Origin: Minisyncoccota bacterium
GTDB taxonomy: Bacteria; Patescibacteriota; Minisyncoccia; Phycocordibacterales; JABMNX01
DNA length: 64,000 nt
Direction of reading: 5' to 3'
Assembly: GCA_040876885.1 (NCBI GenBank)
Contig: JBBDOU010000008.1
Location: 42,986-106,985 of the forward strand
Positions 9,707-17,624 of this stretch are shown piece after piece. Every line of letters begins with the position of its first letter. The first letter of the stretch is position 1. The position numbers were made by a program, and so were the translations under genes. Under the pieces are notes generated by a model. The model was not told the DNA's origin, made no database searches, and saw only the letters and a list, made by a program, of their open reading frames with translations.

Positions 9707-10762
9707 TTATTTAAGCAGATGCACTGTCTGCGTCGGGTATGCGAATTCTATCTTTTCTTTTTTAAAGGATTCCAATAACTTTATATTAAGCTCCTCTTGA
9801 AGGTCTACGTAATCGATGTATTCACGTGTTGGTATATAGTACACAACCTCATAATCAAGTGCCGAAGAAGCGAGTGCTTTGAGGTGCACTCTATCAAGCC
9901 GTGCATTCCCCACTTCAAGCCCCGCAAATATTGCTCGCACCATATCGGGAACCGCCTTTATTTTTGGAAGATCGGTCTCATATAAAATACCAAAAGAAAA
10001 CACTGCTCGCCGTTCGGTCATCTTTTTAAGGTTTTGAATACGTGCAGAGGTCAGTTCCTGATTTGAAATTACAATCTCCTCCCCCTGCAGTGCACGAAGT
10101 CGTGTTGTTTTAATACCAATCTTTTCTACTGTACCTGAGTGCTCTCCTACAATAACAAAGTCACCTACCTCAAATGGTTTGTCGAAGTAAATCGCAAACG
10201 AGCTAAACAAATCAGAGAGAATATTCTGCATTGCAAGCGCAATCGCAATACCTCCAATACCAAGACCGGCGACAAGTGAGGTAATGTTAATTCCAAGGTT
10301 TGAAATAACTGCAAGAATCGCAATAATCCACAATCCCCATTTCACTGCACTCCCTAAGAATCGATATGCTTTTTGTCCATCTTTCCCTTCCCGCTTCGCC
10401 CACTTTTCTAATGTGTAATCAATAAGCACATGGAGTGCGGTTACTACCTGGTAGGCAATTACAACAAAAATTAACCCGTCAATCACCCTATCGATAGTAG
10501 TGGTGAAAGATAAGTATTGCAGTGCAAAATACACCGAAAGCATGTAATAAAATGCAGGCTTCACACTTCTGATAATGCGAATTAACGTATCATCAATATC
10601 AGTCTCGGTCTTTTTAGCAAGACTCTCTAGGCGTTTCAAAATCCCCCACTGTAGAAATCTAAATACGAGTGTCAGCACGATAAAAATACCGAGCGCCAAC
10701 AGGTACGCCTGAAGACTATTACCAAAAAATACATACTCACTCCTTTGTAACATTTCAATCAT
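9707..10762 (-). CDS. Small-conductance mechanosensitive channel (MscS family)
   Basis: LVAGLGIGGIAIALAMQ, DKPFEVGD, GTVEKIGIKTT, IEFAYPTQTV. Confidence 0.95.
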   Translation of the reverse strand: MIEMLQRSEYVFFGNSLQAYLLALGIFIVLTLVFRFLQWGILKRLESLAKKTETDIDDTLIRIIRSVKPAFYYMLSVYFALQYLSFTTTIDRVIDGLIFVVIAYQVVTALHVLIDYTLEKWAKREGKDGQKAYRFLGSAVKWGLWIIAILAVISNLGINITSLVAGLGIGGIAIALAMQNILSDLFSSFAIYFDKPFEVGDFVIVGEHSGTVEKIGIKTTRLRALQGEEIVISNQELTSARIQNLKKMTERRAVFSFGILYETDLPKIKAVPDMVRAIFAGLEVGNARLDRVHLKALASSALDYEVVYYIPTREYIDYVDLQEELNIKLLESFKKEKIEFAYPTQTVHLLK

Positions 10763-10854
10763 ATAATCTTAGTATATCAAAAATTAAAGACTTTTTAAAA
10801 AGTATGCCACAGGTAAGCGTCTTCCTTAATATGAGATCATGGGATATGTCTTGA

Positions 10855-11045
10855 CTATCTCTAAGTTCGTAAACCCACTAAGAGTGGCGGGACACAACTC
10901 AGCCTTTCCTCGCTTCGTGCGTGATTCCGCCGTTCGTGACTTTGTTTTATTTATAAAACAAGAAACACTCCTGTGGTGAATCCCAGTACTTCGCGCACAT
11001 GAAAACAAAAAGATGACTAAAGCTAGCCATCTTTTTGTTTTCATG
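10855..11045 (-). repeat. Structured tRNA-Pro trailer
   Basis: 18-bp stem catgaaaacaaaaagatg/catctttttgttttcatg, AT-rich hairpin, and tctaagttcg motif shared with the tRNA-Arg trailer. Confidence 0.55.
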
Positions 11046-11118
11046 TCGGGATGCCGGGATTCGAACCCGGAGTCGCCCGCTCCCAAAGCGGGAATGTTAG
11101 CCGTTACACTACATCCCG
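11046..11118 (-). tRNA. tRNA-Pro(TGG)
   Basis: Acceptor CGGGATG/CATCCCG, anticodon loop TT-TGG-GA, T arm CCGGG-TTCGAAT-CCCGG; no CCA. Confidence 0.95.
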
Positions 11119-11215
11119 ATATACGACTCTCCTGCTTGCAAAATCACTCTCACTGCAATTGCAAAATCATACCATAAAAACTAAATACTACTAGCGTTCC
11201 GCCTCAAATTATAAA

Positions 11216-11245
11216 AAGCTCGTCAACGTATGTGCTGACGAGCTT
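11216..11245 (-). terminator. Terminator after the 22-aa peptide
   Basis: Minus strand aagctcgtca...tgacgagctttt. Confidence 0.7.
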
Positions 11246-11263
11246 CCTGTTTATTATTTCTGA

Positions 11264-11332
11264 TTATTGCTTATTCTTTACTGCGCATATAATTAAAAAT
11301 ATAATACATAAGTTTAAAAATACTAATTCCAT
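11264..11332 (-). CDS. 22-aa hydrophobic peptide, type I toxin-like (not in ORF track)
   Basis: MELVFLNLCIIFLIICAVKNKQ preceded by AAAGGAGGAG Shine-Dalgarno and followed by a terminator. Confidence 0.55.
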   Translation of the reverse strand: MELVFLNLCIIFLIICAVKNKQ

Positions 11333-11456
11333 CTCTCCTCCTTTTTCCAAGTGTATATGTTCCCCTCTGCTCTTATATAAGTATGCAACCTACTGATTAG
11401 TTACATATGTGTCTTATAAAGGACATATTGTATACACAAAATGTCCTTTATAAAAA

Positions 11457-11495
11457 TACCCTCTCTTTGGCGGTCCGACCGCCAAAGAGAGGGTA
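11457..11495. terminator. 39-bp near-perfect palindrome at the yraN stop
   Basis: taccctctctttggcggtc-c-gaccgccaaagagagggta. Confidence 0.65.
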
Positions 11496-11903
11496 CTATA
11501 TGATGATATCTTCAATATACCTGCACTTCGCTTCCCTGTTCTTAATATCAAGAAAAACTGCTATCACGTCAAATTGCCATTCTTCCTCGTATTTCTTCTC
11601 CAAAAGATATGTTTGGATAGTACGTGAAAGCCGTTCGAGTTTCTTTTTATGTATATTCTCCTCAGGCCTATACTCATCAAGTGTTTCATGAGAAACAGCT
11701 CGTATACTCTCACGTGAAACTGTTTTTACTTCTATAAAATGTACTATACCCTTATTTTTAGCGATAATATCAATCTCACCCCACTTTTTCCAGTAGTTTT
11801 GCTGTACTATACTAAATCCCTGTTTCATAAGAAACCTACATGCGGTCTCCTCCCCTAGTCTTCCAACTTCATTGTGAGATATCTCCTTCATGTATTTAAG
11901 CAA
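11496..11903 (-). CDS. yraN: YraN/UPF0102 family PD-(D/E)xK nuclease-like protein
   Basis: GRLGEETA, GEIDIIA, FIEVKT, FDVIAV. Confidence 0.9.
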   Translation of the reverse strand: MLKYMKEISHNEVGRLGEETACRFLMKQGFSIVQQNYWKKWGEIDIIAKNKGIVHFIEVKTVSRESIRAVSHETLDEYRPEENIHKKKLERLSRTIQTYLLEKKYEEEWQFDVIAVFLDIKNREAKCRYIEDIII

Positions 11904-12494
11904 CTAATCCTGTTCCACGTGAAACATATCTTTATGTTCCTCTAAAATTAGAAGTAACTCCTTATAATACGCCTCTATTTCAGGTGAAACAGCTATCTTA
12001 GTGGTTTTCCCGTCAATAAGCATTTGGAGTGTCACTTTATGTTTTTTCCAGTTTCTCCCCTTATCGAGGTATACATTAATTATTGGAAGTAACTTGTCGA
12101 GTGCATACACAAATCTGCCCTCATTATCAATTTGATTCTCATAATCTTCTATAGTTTCATGAAAATCAGGGAATTCTGGAAACTCTTTGTTTAGCCGGAT
12201 AGCTGATTGCTTTTCGCGTTCCTTTTTTTCGATATTATCAGACTCAGAGCGGTAAAACCACGTATCTCCTGCGTAAACCTCAACAAAGTCATGAACAAGA
12301 GCGTATTTGATAATAAGATCCTTGTTTAACGTGTACTTCCCTTCAGAAAGTATGTACCAAGCGGTCATAGCAAGTTGGTAACTGTGCTCGGCATCGTTTT
12401 CATTTCTATCCAATCCAGTAGCATAAATCAAGCGTTCTACATCCCTAAATTTATTTATAAGTGTTACGAATTTAAAAATCGAGTCAATGTTCAT
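11904..12494 (-). CDS. HD-domain phosphohydrolase (HD_3/YfbR-like)
   Basis: ENDAEHSY, LVHDFVEVYAGD, YALDKL. Confidence 0.9.
   Translation of the reverse strand: MNIDSIFKFVTLINKFRDVERLIYATGLDRNENDAEHSYQLAMTAWYILSEGKYTLNKDLIIKYALVHDFVEVYAGDTWFYRSESDNIEKKEREKQSAIRLNKEFPEFPDFHETIEDYENQIDNEGRFVYALDKLLPIINVYLDKGRNWKKHKVTLQMLIDGKTTKIAVSPEIEAYYKELLLILEEHKDMFHVEQD
11911..11926. promoter_or_regulatory. parS site inside the 3' end of the HD gene
   Basis: TGTTCCACGTGAAACA matches the TGTTNCACGTGAAACA parS consensus. Confidence 0.85.
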
Positions 12495-12581
12495 ACTTTT
12501 AAGTATACATCAAAAATTAAGAAAAAAGTCTCAGTGTTACACATGAAACGTGTGATATAAAGTATAAACACATCAATATAC

Positions 12582-12597
12582 TGTTTCACGTGAAACA
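12582..12597. promoter_or_regulatory. parS site (perfect palindrome)
   Basis: TGTTTCACGTGAAACA. Confidence 0.9.
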
Positions 12598-12832
12598 CTT
12601 GTTAGTGGAAAAATGATGTCTTTAAAATAACCATGTTTACAGCCATATTTTATAAAAGACAGTATTTTCATGTCCTTTTAATCCACACTATACACAGAGT
12701 TATCCCCAAAAAACAGTAAAAATGGCTTATTTTCTAGGCCTATTTAGGACAAATAAAGGACAGGTATTAAAGATATTCGTCTTGTAGTCAATAAAAAAGA
12801 CCCTCTGGGTACAGGAGTCTTTTTGTATTTTG

Positions 12833-12903
12833 TGCGGCCAGGGGTAATCGAAACCCCGACTCATCCTTGGCAAGGACGTGTTATACCACTTAACCATGGC
12901 CGC
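12833..12903 (-). tRNA. tRNA-Gly(GCC)
   Basis: Acceptor GCGGCCA/TGGCCGC, anticodon loop TT-GCC-AA, T arm GGGGT-TTCGATT-ACCCC; A73; no CCA. Confidence 0.92.
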
Positions 12904-13009
12904 AAGTGGAGATATTATACTATGTAAATATGTTATTCCAAATTTAAACAGGGAAGTCTGTGGCGCAGATTTATAAGTGATAGTTGTTGGGGTCAAGTTT
13001 CTAAGTTCG

Positions 13010-13307
13010 CCAGGATTCGAACCTTACAGATTCAGTACAGGTTGGCGATATTTTTACAAAATATCTGACAACCTTTTCGAATCCTCTTAGTCGCTACAAA
13101 CAAAATCACCCAATGTTCTCACATCGGGTTCATTTGTTTGTTGTGCGCCTACCAGGATTCGAACCTTACAGATTCAGTACAGGTTGGCGATATTTTTACA
13201 AAATATCTGACAACCTTTTCGAATCCTCTTAGTCGCTACAAACAAAATCACCCAATGTTCTCACATCGGGTTCATTTGTTTGTTGTGCGCCTACCAGGAT
13301 TCGAACC
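13010..13307 (-). repeat. Exact 142-bp tandem repeat (2 units + 14 bp) carrying the tRNA-Arg 3' end
   Basis: ccaggattcgaacc at 13010, 13152, 13294; units 13010-13151 and 13152-13293 identical by eye. Confidence 0.93.
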
Positions 13308-13357
13308 CAGAATAACGGTTCCGAAGACCGTTGTGATATCCATTTCACCATAGGCGC
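13286..13357 (-). tRNA. tRNA-Arg(TCG)
   Basis: Acceptor GCGCCTA/TAGGCGC, anticodon arm ACGGT-CT-TCG-GA-ACCGT, GGTTCGAATCC; no CCA. Confidence 0.95.
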
Positions 13358-13420
13358 AGTGATACGGAAGAATTATACGCTATATTCGCTTCACAACCAA
13401 ATATGTAATAAAATAGAAAC

Positions 13421-14899
13421 ATGTCAACTATTACACACTCACAAATTCCAAAAGAAATACAAGCGGTAACAGAAGCGCTCGAGAAGGCTGGTTTTGAAGC
13501 GTACCTTATTGGTGGCTGTGTCCGTGACCTCCTTATTGGACGCACCCCTAAGGACTGGGACGTGACCACAAACGCACACCCAGAAAAAATTCAAGAACTT
13601 TTTGAAGAGACATTTTATGAAAACGATTACGGAACAGTGGGTGTTGTTAACGAAACTGAAAACGCGTCACTCAAAGTCGTTGAAATAACTCCATACCGAC
13701 TTGAGACGACATATTCCGATGCACGCCGCCCCGATTCGATTCAGTTCTCAGAGAACCTTGAGGACGACTTAAAGCGTCGAGACTTCACTATGAACGCGAT
13801 AGCCTACAGTGTTTCAACAGGGGGGCTCACAGACCCATATAACGGACAGTCAGACCTTAACGGTAAGAGTATCACCGCTGTAGGAGACCCCTTTGAACGA
13901 TTTGAAGAAGATGCACTTCGCATGCTTCGCGCAATACGGCTCTCAGCGGAACTTGGTTTTACTATTGAAACAAAAACAGCCGAAGCAATTGCAAAGTCTG
14001 CTCCACAGCTTGGAAAAATTGCAAAAGAAAGAATTCGAGATGAATTTCTTCGTATTGTAATGTCTGATAACCCAATGCACGCGCTCATTATTTCAGAAAA
14101 ACTAGGACTACTTCCGTATATTGCACCTGATTTAGAGCGGGGGATTGGTATAGAACAAAACCAAGCACACACCTACGATGTGTTCGAGCATCTCCTGCGC
14201 ACCATGCAACACGGTGCTGATATGCATTGGAATATAGACGTGCGGTTAGCGGGACTCTATCACGATATTTCAAAACCAGAGACACGGAGATGGTCAAAAG
14301 AGAAGGAAGACTGGACGTTTTATGGACATGAGGTTGTTGGCGCACGAGTCGCAAGACGAGCATTTCAAGATTTAAAATTACCAAAGAAACAAACCGACAA
14401 ATTAGTCACAATGGTCCGGTGGCACATGTTTTTCTCTGACCCTGAAAAAATTACACTCTCGGCAGTCAGACGTATGATTAGAAATGTTGGTGAAGAAAAC
14501 ATCTGGGACCTGCTTAACCTGCGTATTTGTGACCGTATTGGTTCGGGGCGTCCTAAAGCACAGCCATTTCGATTTAGAAAATATAAATCAATGGTTGACG
14601 AGGCACTTCGTGACCCTATTTCAGTCGGCATGCTTAAAATAGACGGCGCGGGTGTTATGGAAATCACCGGAGAGAAACCTGGACCACGACTTGGGTACAT
14701 ACTCCACGCGCTTCTTGAGGAGGTGCTTGATGATCCTAAGAGAAACACCGAGGCGTATTTAGAAAAAAAGATAAAAGAGTTACAAGAACTTCCTGAGGAA
14801 ACACTTAAGGCGCACGGAGAACAGGGAAAGCGGAAAAGGGAGGAGTTTGAAGAGGAAGCGGTGAAAGAAATCCGTAAAAAACACTGGGTAGACAAGTAA
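13421..14899 (+). CDS. cca: CCA tRNA nucleotidyltransferase with HD domain
   Basis: GGCVRD, DWDVTT, flexible loop ETTYSDARRPD, EDDLKRRDFTMNA, EDALRMLRA, YHDISK. Confidence 0.92.
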   Translation: MSTITHSQIPKEIQAVTEALEKAGFEAYLIGGCVRDLLIGRTPKDWDVTTNAHPEKIQELFEETFYENDYGTVGVVNETENASLKVVEITPYRLETTYSDARRPDSIQFSENLEDDLKRRDFTMNAIAYSVSTGGLTDPYNGQSDLNGKSITAVGDPFERFEEDALRMLRAIRLSAELGFTIETKTAEAIAKSAPQLGKIAKERIRDEFLRIVMSDNPMHALIISEKLGLLPYIAPDLERGIGIEQNQAHTYDVFEHLLRTMQHGADMHWNIDVRLAGLYHDISKPETRRWSKEKEDWTFYGHEVVGARVARRAFQDLKLPKKQTDKLVTMVRWHMFFSDPEKITLSAVRRMIRNVGEENIWDLLNLRICDRIGSGRPKAQPFRFRKYKSMVDEALRDPISVGMLKIDGAGVMEITGEKPGPRLGYILHALLEEVLDDPKRNTEAYLEKKIKELQELPEETLKAHGEQGKRKREEFEEEAVKEIRKKHWVDK

Positions 14900-14920
14900 T
14901 TTATTACACGTAATAAAAAG

Positions 14921-14952
14921 AAAGACGCCATCCAAGATTGGATGGCGTTTTT
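14921..14952. terminator. Terminator between cca and the NUDIX gene
   Basis: aagacgccatccaa-ga-ttggatggcgttttt. Confidence 0.8.
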
Positions 14953-14977
14953 ATTTCGTGTTATATCGTTTTCGAGA

Positions 14978-15484
14978 TTAAGCACTTTTTTTCAGAGTAT
15001 CTTGAATCTCTTTTTTGACCCCCACACGATACAGTAGATCATCGTGGTTGGGCAAAAGGTCTGGGAGTCCATCAACGCGTGAAAAAAAGTTTTCGACGGG
15101 ACACGTGACGACGATTTCCCCTTCATCACCGACCTTTTTAAGTGGATTTTGCTTCCATTCTTCACCAGAATAGTGCTTCACCACCAGAAACAAGTACCGG
15201 TCGTAGTCACCTTTGTCTTCTTTAGAGCGAAAAGTGACCGTGTCAGGGTCTACAATCCCAGTTTCTTCAGCAACTTCACGTATGACGGTTTTGAATGGAT
15301 CGTTTTTGTCACACGGGTCAACATTTCCGCCGGGCAACTTGCGGTAGACGGTACCTCTTTTTTCTGGGTCATCGTGTACCATGACGAAAAGAAGTTGCCG
15401 AGGCAAGAAGATTAACGCAACAGAAGAATAGCTCCGGCCAGCAAGGGCGGATGGGCACTCAGGCCCACTAAGCGTTCCAACCAT
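14978..15484 (-). CDS. NUDIX hydrolase
   Basis: Nudix box LPGGNVD...VIREVAEETGI. Confidence 0.8.
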   Translation of the reverse strand: MVGTLSGPECPSALAGRSYSSVALIFLPRQLLFVMVHDDPEKRGTVYRKLPGGNVDPCDKNDPFKTVIREVAEETGIVDPDTVTFRSKEDKGDYDRYLFLVVKHYSGEEWKQNPLKKVGDEGEIVVTCPVENFFSRVDGLPDLLPNHDDLLYRVGVKKEIQDTLKKSA

Positions 15485-15840
15485 TTGAAAGTTCCCCTTT
15501 TTATGGTTGACCCATCCTATGATGAATCTGTAATCATTTTAGCATAAAAAGGTGTGCGAGTCAAGTTTCAGTATATAAAATAAAGCCGCTTTAGTGCGGG
15601 TTTCGGTATTAGGAGATTGGGCAAAAAATATCCGAAGGGTGCGTTAAAGCGACTTTGTCTACAAACTATCTCAGTAAAAGAACTGTCTTAAGAGTCAACA
15701 TACCCGATAATTCCAATACGCCGAAGCGTTATAATGTTAGTGTAAAAGGGATTGTTGTATTCCTCTCAAGGTGCCTCAGACTAAAATAAGTCTGTGAAAC
15801 TCTCTGAAAGATCTAAGAACGAACTTCTGAGTATTAGTAT

Positions 15841-15907
15841 ATGTCCTTTAGAAAAAGAGTAAAGGACATGGGTGTGGATAAATGTCCTTTATAAAGGACA
15901 TGGGTGT
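15841..15907. repeat. Cluster of ATGTCCTTTA/TAAAGGACAT inverted motifs
   Basis: Four half-sites including the perfect palindrome atgtcctttataaaggacat (15882-15901); taaaggacatgggtgt repeated directly. Confidence 0.7.
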
Positions 15908-15910
15908 TTT

Positions 15911-16288
15911 TTACCGATAATCCTCCCAAATACCAGCAAATACGCCCGCATAGTGCACTACTACATAAAGAAAGAACACATACCCAATAACCCCAACAAT
16001 AAGGACAAGTAGTGATGTATTGATGATTTCCTTACGGCGTTTCTTTGCTTCATCAAGAGTACACACACCCTTTTGTTTGTAGAAATAAAATAAAGTGGAT
16101 GCGACAAGAAGTAGTAACCCTACTCCTCGAAACGCCCACTTATATTCACCATAAAATGTATCAGAGAGAGAACTTGCGAAACTCACTGTTGAGAGCCCAA
16201 ACAAGACAAGGACGAGCGGACTTAAGCAACATAATGACGCGACAACCACCGGGAGACCGGTAACCTTAAGAAGTTCTTTTATTTTCAT
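15911..16288 (-). CDS. MerT/MerF-like small membrane protein
   Basis: SLCCLSPLVL vicinal cysteines in TM1, three TMs, GVC loop. Confidence 0.6.
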   Translation of the reverse strand: MKIKELLKVTGLPVVVASLCCLSPLVLVLFGLSTVSFASSLSDTFYGEYKWAFRGVGLLLLVASTLFYFYKQKGVCTLDEAKKRRKEIINTSLLVLIVGVIGYVFFLYVVVHYAGVFAGIWEDYR

Positions 16289-16331
16289 ATTGATAAGTGT
16301 AGCGTATTGAGTGTTTCAATGTCAAGTTTAC

Positions 16332-16360
16332 TTGACATCAACATGTGGACTTCCTACAAT
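16332..16360 (+). promoter_or_regulatory. sigma70 promoter of msrAB (leaderless)
   Basis: TTGACA-17 bp-TACAAT, ATG 7 nt downstream. Confidence 0.75.
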
Positions 16361-16367
16361 AGACGCT

Positions 16368-17558
16368 ATGAACCATAGAATAAAGAACATGTTGTTGCCG
16401 TTTCTCCTTATCGCACTAATCCCAATCCTTATCTGGGGGTACGGGTGGTATCAGGGAAAGGTGTCGCCAAGTGAAGCAGACATGTCTGAAGTTATAGTGG
16501 GCGAAGCGGTTGGATATTTTGCTGGTGGGTGTTTCTGGTGTACTGAAAGTGATTTTGAAAAACTATCGGGGGTAACCGACGTTGTCTCTGGATACATGGG
16601 AGGGGATAGTGAGCATCCAAGCTACGTGCAAGTTGCAGGTGGAGAGAGTGGTCATCGAGAAGTGGTGAAGGTGACGTATAATCCAAACGAAGTGAGTTAT
16701 CGAAGGCTCGTCCTCGATCTCTTAAAACACACCGATCCAACTGACGAAGGTGGCTCGTTCTACGACCGAGGACATCAATACACGTCTGCGGTGTACTACC
16801 AAACGGAAGAAGAGAAGGCTATCGCGGAAGCAGTCCTCACGGAGATCGACACACTTGATGTGTATGAAAAACCTACTGTAACGAGTGTTGAACCTGCAGG
16901 AACATTCTGGGTGGCAGAAGACTACCACCAGGACTACTACAAGAAGAATCCTCGACAATACCAATACTACCGGACCGGTTCAGGGCGAGATGCATTTATA
17001 CAATCAGTGTGGGGGGACGGCATGCATGATGCGTTATTTATAGAGGAGATAATGAACGAATTAAATATAGGTAACAAAGGTAGTGCGGGAACGGATACTA
17101 TAAAGAATTCCTGGATAAATTTTGAGAAGCCAAGTGACGCAGTGCTCAAAAGCACCCTTACTGAACTTCAGTATTATGTAACACAAAAAGAGGGGACCGA
17201 GACTCCTTTTAAAAATGAGTACTGGGACAACCACGAGGAAGGTATTTATGTGGATGTCGTTTCAGGAGAACCTCTTTTTTCTTCAACTGATAAATTTGAT
17301 TCAGGTACAGGGTGGCCAAGCTTCTTAAAACCAATTGACTATAGCTTTGTGACCGAGCATAAAGATTACAAACTTATTATTCCACGTACGGAGATACGCA
17401 GTAAGATTGCGAATTCTCACCTTGGGCACATTATCCTTGATGGACCAATTGAGAACGATGGAATCCGCTACTGTATGAACTCTGCAGCACTTCGTTTCGT
17501 ACCAAAAAAAGACCTCAAAGCAGAAGGTCTTGGTGAGTATGCGAGCCTGTTTAAATAA
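16368..17558 (+). CDS. msrAB: Membrane-anchored methionine sulfoxide reductase MsrA/MsrB fusion
   Basis: [17 protein letters not shown] (MsrA); [23 protein letters not shown] (MsrB); N-terminal TM. Confidence 0.95.
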   Translation: MNHRIKNMLLPFLLIALIPILIWGYGWYQGKVSPSEADMSEVIVGEAVGYFAGGCFWCTESDFEKLSGVTDVVSGYMGGDSEHPSYVQVAGGESGHREVVKVTYNPNEVSYRRLVLDLLKHTDPTDEGGSFYDRGHQYTSAVYYQTEEEKAIAEAVLTEIDTLDVYEKPTVTSVEPAGTFWVAEDYHQDYYKKNPRQYQYYRTGSGRDAFIQSVWGDGMHDALFIEEIMNELNIGNKGSAGTDTIKNSWINFEKPSDAVLKSTLTELQYYVTQKEGTETPFKNEYWDNHEEGIYVDVVSGEPLFSSTDKFDSGTGWPSFLKPIDYSFVTEHKDYKLIIPRTEIRSKIANSHLGHIILDGPIENDGIRYCMNSAALRFVPKKDLKAEGLGEYASLFK

Positions 17559-17588
17559 CCACCTCACCGCCAGCTTCTTTCCACTGCA
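17505..17588. repeat. 84-bp direct repeat, copy 1
   Basis: Matches 18148-18231 with 2 mismatches. Confidence 0.92.
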
Positions 17589-17624
17589 CAATATCTTACT
17601 CCAGTGGAAGGACTCAAGCTTTTC

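Noticed and set aside
10826-11086. 86-aa ORF, and similarly 12727-12996 and 13138-13353
   Set aside because: They overlap tRNA genes and their hairpin trailers; the translations are tRNA read-through artefacts.
13010-13307. CRISPR array interpretation of the repeat near tRNA-Arg
   Set aside because: Whole 142-bp units are identical (no unique spacers), the repeated core is tRNA sequence, and there are no cas genes in the window.
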